Shown here piece by piece: positions 61,301 to 64,000 of a DNA stretch of 64,000 nt; positions within the stretch are counted from its first letter, which is position 1, and every line of letters starts with the position of its first letter. The DNA is from a virus. The notes beneath the pieces were generated by a model. The model saw only the letters and a program-made list of their open reading frames with translations, was not told the DNA's origin and searched no databases. A program made the position numbers and the translations under genes. The stretch lies in IMG/VR virus record IMGVR_UViG_3300030098_003782, positions 4,001 through 68,000 of that record; one strand, given 5' to 3'.

Positions 61301-63671
61301 CTTTATTTGCAATATCTCCAGGAATTTTTATATCATCTAATTTAAATCCTAATGCTTTTACATCATGAGATAATTTTACATCATGTAAATCATCTTCTTC
61401 GTATAAACCTTCACCTGTTGTAACATGGAATTCTATATAATTATTGGAACTGCAATCACTCATATGTTTTACAGAATGACTCAAACAAGAACTTCCATTA
61501 CTCCATGTTCTTAAATACATTCTATCTCCTGGCATCAATGTTACAGCGTTACTCCAAGCAGATTCTTCACAAATATGACAATCATCTGAAGTATTAGCAG
61601 TTTCACTAAAAGAATCAGAATTTATAGGGCTTATTACACCATTAGCTTCTTTTACTAGCTGAACATAACCATGCTGACTACCACTACCACCAGGATTATC
61701 TAATTCTATATATACTCTCCATGCTGCTTTAACTATCATTGGCTGATCTGCTACAAAGTATCTATTACTCTTCCATAAAGTATCCATCATATCTGGATAT
61801 AAGGTTGGATTAGTTTGTGTTGCAGTAACATTTGGACTACCAAAAACACAAGTTTTAAATGTACTACAAGATATTTCTCCAACAGTATCATCCCCAGCAA
61901 AACTTATTCGAGCAGTAGTAGAACCACTAAGACTATCTGACGCCCAATCTTTAACATTATCTTCTGTACCTTGAGATTTTGTAACTAATGATTCATTATC
62001 ATGTATAGTTTTATGGGTTGGATTACCATTTGAAGGAAAGTGATGATGTCTAACATTTAATCCTTTTAAACTAGCCTGTTGAGTAATTCCATCCCAAACT
62101 TCAAAATTATCTGTACTAGGATATACTTCTGTAGCATTTTCCCAATAATTCATATTTCTATTATCATAACTATAATTTACTAGATCATGATCACTAAAAT
62201 CATAAAGGTGAAATTTTCTAATATAGCTAGGACTTATTTTTTCAAAATCTTTAAACCAACCATCTGTAGGTAATAGATCTTTATCATCTCCAGTAGCCTC
62301 TCTACCAGGTATATGATACGCATATGACATACTACCATCATTTAAAATAAATGCAATATAAAATGCATATACCTCATCTCTCATATATCCTTTATATTTG
62401 AATATATTAGGAGCATATCTATAAGATTTACTATGATCAACATTTACTTGTGTTGGGGGAGTTTTTCCTATTACATCTACTGGATAACTATTAAATCCTG
62501 TTTGTAGATTATCAACAGTTAAAACATTTACATCAAAATTATTAAAATCTTTAGTTACTGCTGTTAGTTTTATATTATTAGCATATTTTTGATATCCTAA
62601 ATCGTCTCTACTAGTAGTATTTCCTATATATAATATACCATCTAATTGATTAATTGTCTTAGCTGTTTCATATGAAATAGTATCTATAATAACATCTTCC
62701 AAAGAAGTTGAACTAAACCCTTCTATACCACTAAATGTAACATTCATATCAGATGCTCCTAAAACTATTTCTAAATCATTTAATCTATAAGCATCTACAG
62801 CTTCTCCCATCTTTCTAATTATAACAGGTCTTAAATACTTATAATCATCATTTAAATTGGTAATATTCCATGTAATAGATTTAGATGTTTGACTACCTGA
62901 TTTAGCCCCATCTTTTTTAGTAGTTGGTCTAGTATGATCTCCTTCATCTACAATAGAAATAGGATTAGACATTGTTAAATAATTAGTAGCAGTATAAGAA
63001 TCATCAACATAAGCTAAAGATAAATAATATACTCCTGTTAATAACCCTCCTCCTTCTTTTACTGCATTTTGATATGTACTTGGACCTTGAGATATTTCTA
63101 ATAAATCTATATGCGGTACTGGTCCTGAGTTAGGAAATAAATTTAAAAGGTCTATATGATTATCATGACTATTAACAGGATTTATTCCATATAAATTATT
63201 AAGAGAAGATCCAGAATTTAATTGTTTATCTATATTTAATGCTCTAGGAGGATTTAAATCATCTGTCCAATATACAATTAATTCTCCTTCCGGATTAATA
63301 TTAAATGTTCCTTCTATAGGAAAATTTTTATTAAAATTTAGATTTACCTTAATTCCGTGTACTGCAGTTAAAGGGGTATATACAACTTGAAATTGATCAT
63401 TTTCCCATTTACCTATAGCAGATTCTCCTGTATTAGTAATATAAAATATAATAGCTTTATCATTAGCAACTTCTATTATTCCTATCACAGTATCATTATT
63501 ATCAATACTTACATTTTGTTCTGCACCACCTTCATTAGAAATAGAACCTTTCTTTTCATTTATGATAGCATTTCTAGCATATCTCCAAGTTCCTTCAGGT
63601 TGGTCGATATGAGCTGTATCTTTAAATAGTCCTTTTAAAAATCTTTTATTTTTCTTACTTTGTTCTGCCAT
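58308..63671 (-). CDS. Tail stabilisation / muzzle protein
   Basis: KGLFKD..HIDQPEGTWRYARN, YWTDDLNPPRALNID, GYMRDEVYAF, GGDTYICRY, WTISY...FHDYTP are typical of crAss-like tail proteins. Confidence 0.75.
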   Translation of the reverse strand: MAEQSKKNKRFLKGLFKDTAHIDQPEGTWRYARNAIINEKKGSISNEGGAEQNVSIDNNDTVIGIIEVANDKAIIFYITNTGESAIGKWENDQFQVVYTPLTAVHGIKVNLNFNKNFPIEGTFNINPEGELIVYWTDDLNPPRALNIDKQLNSGSSLNNLYGINPVNSHDNHIDLLNLFPNSGPVPHIDLLEISQGPSTYQNAVKEGGGLLTGVYYLSLAYVDDSYTATNYLTMSNPISIVDEGDHTRPTTKKDGAKSGSQTSKSITWNITNLNDDYKYLRPVIIRKMGEAVDAYRLNDLEIVLGASDMNVTFSGIEGFSSTSLEDVIIDTISYETAKTINQLDGILYIGNTTSRDDLGYQKYANNIKLTAVTKDFNNFDVNVLTVDNLQTGFNSYPVDVIGKTPPTQVNVDHSKSYRYAPNIFKYKGYMRDEVYAFYIAFILNDGSMSYAYHIPGREATGDDKDLLPTDGWFKDFEKISPSYIRKFHLYDFSDHDLVNYSYDNRNMNYWENATEVYPSTDNFEVWDGITQQASLKGLNVRHHHFPSNGNPTHKTIHDNESLVTKSQGTEDNVKDWASDSLSGSTTARISFAGDDTVGEISCSTFKTCVFGSPNVTATQTNPTLYPDMMDTLWKSNRYFVADQPMIVKAAWRVYIELDNPGGSGSQHGYVQLVKEANGVISPINSDSFSETANTSDDCHICEESAWSNAVTLMPGDRMYLRTWSNGSSCLSHSVKHMSDCSSNNYIEFHVTTGEGLYEEDDLHDVKLSHDVKALGFKLDDIKIPGDIANKVQGFRIYRAKRKHEDKRILGQSLILPMFPETVQLGLCDVAASNADSAQILSAAMAKRQNIWSKDSWPRAYHHYPVYPSMYNYNPNTDLWDDALHGEKGYKSFSFHDFNLLRTQNSLAGATHIKPEYWVRNFAWNGPTLYQPKKMLSKIIEDDGGGNYSEPIKKIEQFWGWDEPYNCYARDIKSAMFSGCFYTACNSLKYFDESTNDIVHHKAAPRLLGQKAKSYIPGDSIFEVSALGFGGKVANEFGESAIILGLKDNHEILNYNMFNYRGGDAGVSGLSSDVLGTWGHSHLNHPWILTNPLLNDNDPYINYAYNSDEEVNQRRSQSIMANLHAFKTDVYKSIDNQELVWTGFEVLGDELNNFIFKSNGDPASYDGGSANFSTERINSEGIFGGDTYICRYGFRSTIQHNNTDEDSHPRRAIYYHIVESTDNINFRHTESDKDLYFPGSIAKRMIQANGEDDFTHQDNLNYDDSFSAENDLRPAFPLPLKEIEQTEFPTRAHRSVKRDTTSLTDNYRLFLANEFKDAPKNRGELWKLSSFNNLLYFHMEESLYVTKGKQQMQMKDGTEAFVGSGDIFQQDPDEIMQTDKGYGGTQSQWATATTNYGYFFIDRNAKKVFLMKDKLNEISTAGMENWFENNLTFALEAYSFNASCISIIFDNPVIGLGLTAIYDPKFKRIILTKKDLIPTSDFITGWNEYLSTIAQAGSTWQGGEIFFDCDVGQYVTVIVNDNPGGPNTFTFDPLDWDDDTYFTPKGWTISYYPEFNVWCGFHDYTPYIYFNTSKDFYSITDQSNYIWKHNSDSRGNFYGEVSPFEIEYIHNEYREEDTLLASFNYTLETFNPQNISVLEHGFTSFFVYNTLQISAGELDGSRAVAPTALEYLVNIRRVGNNWKVNNFRDMAAIAIDTSSYYMAGTITNPNIIGGINTGTITTSSTNNMFIVDGMSEIINPSYIDTAKEWQNRRKFIDKWAGIRLIYNNISNNLLNLYSGEAAVRKTYK

Positions 63672-64000
63672 TAATCTCTATATAAATCTTCTCTTGTGTT
63701 TAATTGTTCAAATGCTAAATCATGCCTGTTTAAATTAGGTATGAGTCTTACCCATTGATTCATAAACGATTCATATCTATCTATATCTGGGTAATTAGCT
63801 GCATTTCTAGCTTGTGTACAATAGTATTTCCACTGCTGTTCTGCAAAATCATATTTAATCCCATTCACTTTAAACGTAGGATTAGATAATAAGATTTTTT
63901 TGTATACATACCAAAATAATGCCTCTTTGAAGCTTATTTCATCTGGTACTAAAGGATAACAATCCTCATCAGTTGGAAAAGCCATATAACTTAAACATAT
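63671..64000 (-). CDS. Tail ring/tubular protein (5' end outside window)
   Basis: Frame open to the window edge (ICLSYMAFPTDEDCYPLVPD...EALFWY...WKYYCTQAR); directly upstream of the muzzle gene. Confidence 0.65.
   Translation of the reverse strand: MCLSYMAFPTDEDCYPLVPDEISFKEALFWYVYKKILLSNPTFKVNGIKYDFAEQQWKYYCTQARNAANYPDIDRYESFMNQWVRLIPNLNRHDLAFEQLNTREDLYRD

Noticed and set aside
1449-63629. Short antisense or out-of-frame track ORFs inside long genes (e.g. 1449, 6802, 13736, 14327, 20869, 25739, 29900, 33272, 37496, 41411, 44391, 54218, 56191, 58425, 60971, 63387)
   Set aside because: Shadow ORFs nested in or mostly overlapping well-supported genes, with biased composition and no motifs.
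1-64000. Stop-codon reassignment as in some gut crAss-like phages
   Set aside because: Very long ORFs are intact under code 11, and TAG and TGA both serve as real stops (e.g. 27589, 22427). No suppressor tRNA was seen.
1-64000. CRISPR array, tRNA genes, integrase, introns/inteins, diversity-generating retroelement
   Set aside because: No regularly spaced repeats, cloverleafs, recombinase, reverse transcriptase or split core genes were recognised by eye; a tRNAscan/Infernal run would be needed to exclude them fully.

Overview
An AT-rich 64 kb segment of a crAss-like phage (Crassvirales, phi14:2-like organisation) read in the standard genetic code. TAnnTTTG promoter boxes and A-rich, Shine-Dalgarno-less start regions point to a Bacteroidota (probably Flavobacteriia) host. 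There are three blocks. (i) Minus strand 1-14.5 kb: major capsid (truncated), putative scaffold, two modular virion/cargo proteins, portal, a SET-domain protein, TerL, ParB-like, HU-like and GroES. (ii) Plus strand 15-33.5 kb: small early genes, PolA, SF2 and DnaB helicases, AAA ATPase, SSB, primase, phosphoesterase, endonuclease, a vWA-peptidase/MoxR pair, 5'-3' exonuclease and DUF1599. (iii) Minus strand 33.6-64 kb: giant virion proteins including the DFDID-type virion RNA polymerase, ejection/cargo proteins and tail proteins. Most notable: four late proteins are built as strings of unrelated modules (zincin, lytic transglycosylase, MORN, duplicated AELAH domain, beta-barrel-like) separated by a recurring basic-xx-GG linker, suggesting a polyprotein or cargo-sorting system. 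There is also a promoter-bounded, structured, non-coding ~250 nt region upstream of groES. All functional calls are from motif recognition by eye; no database search was run.
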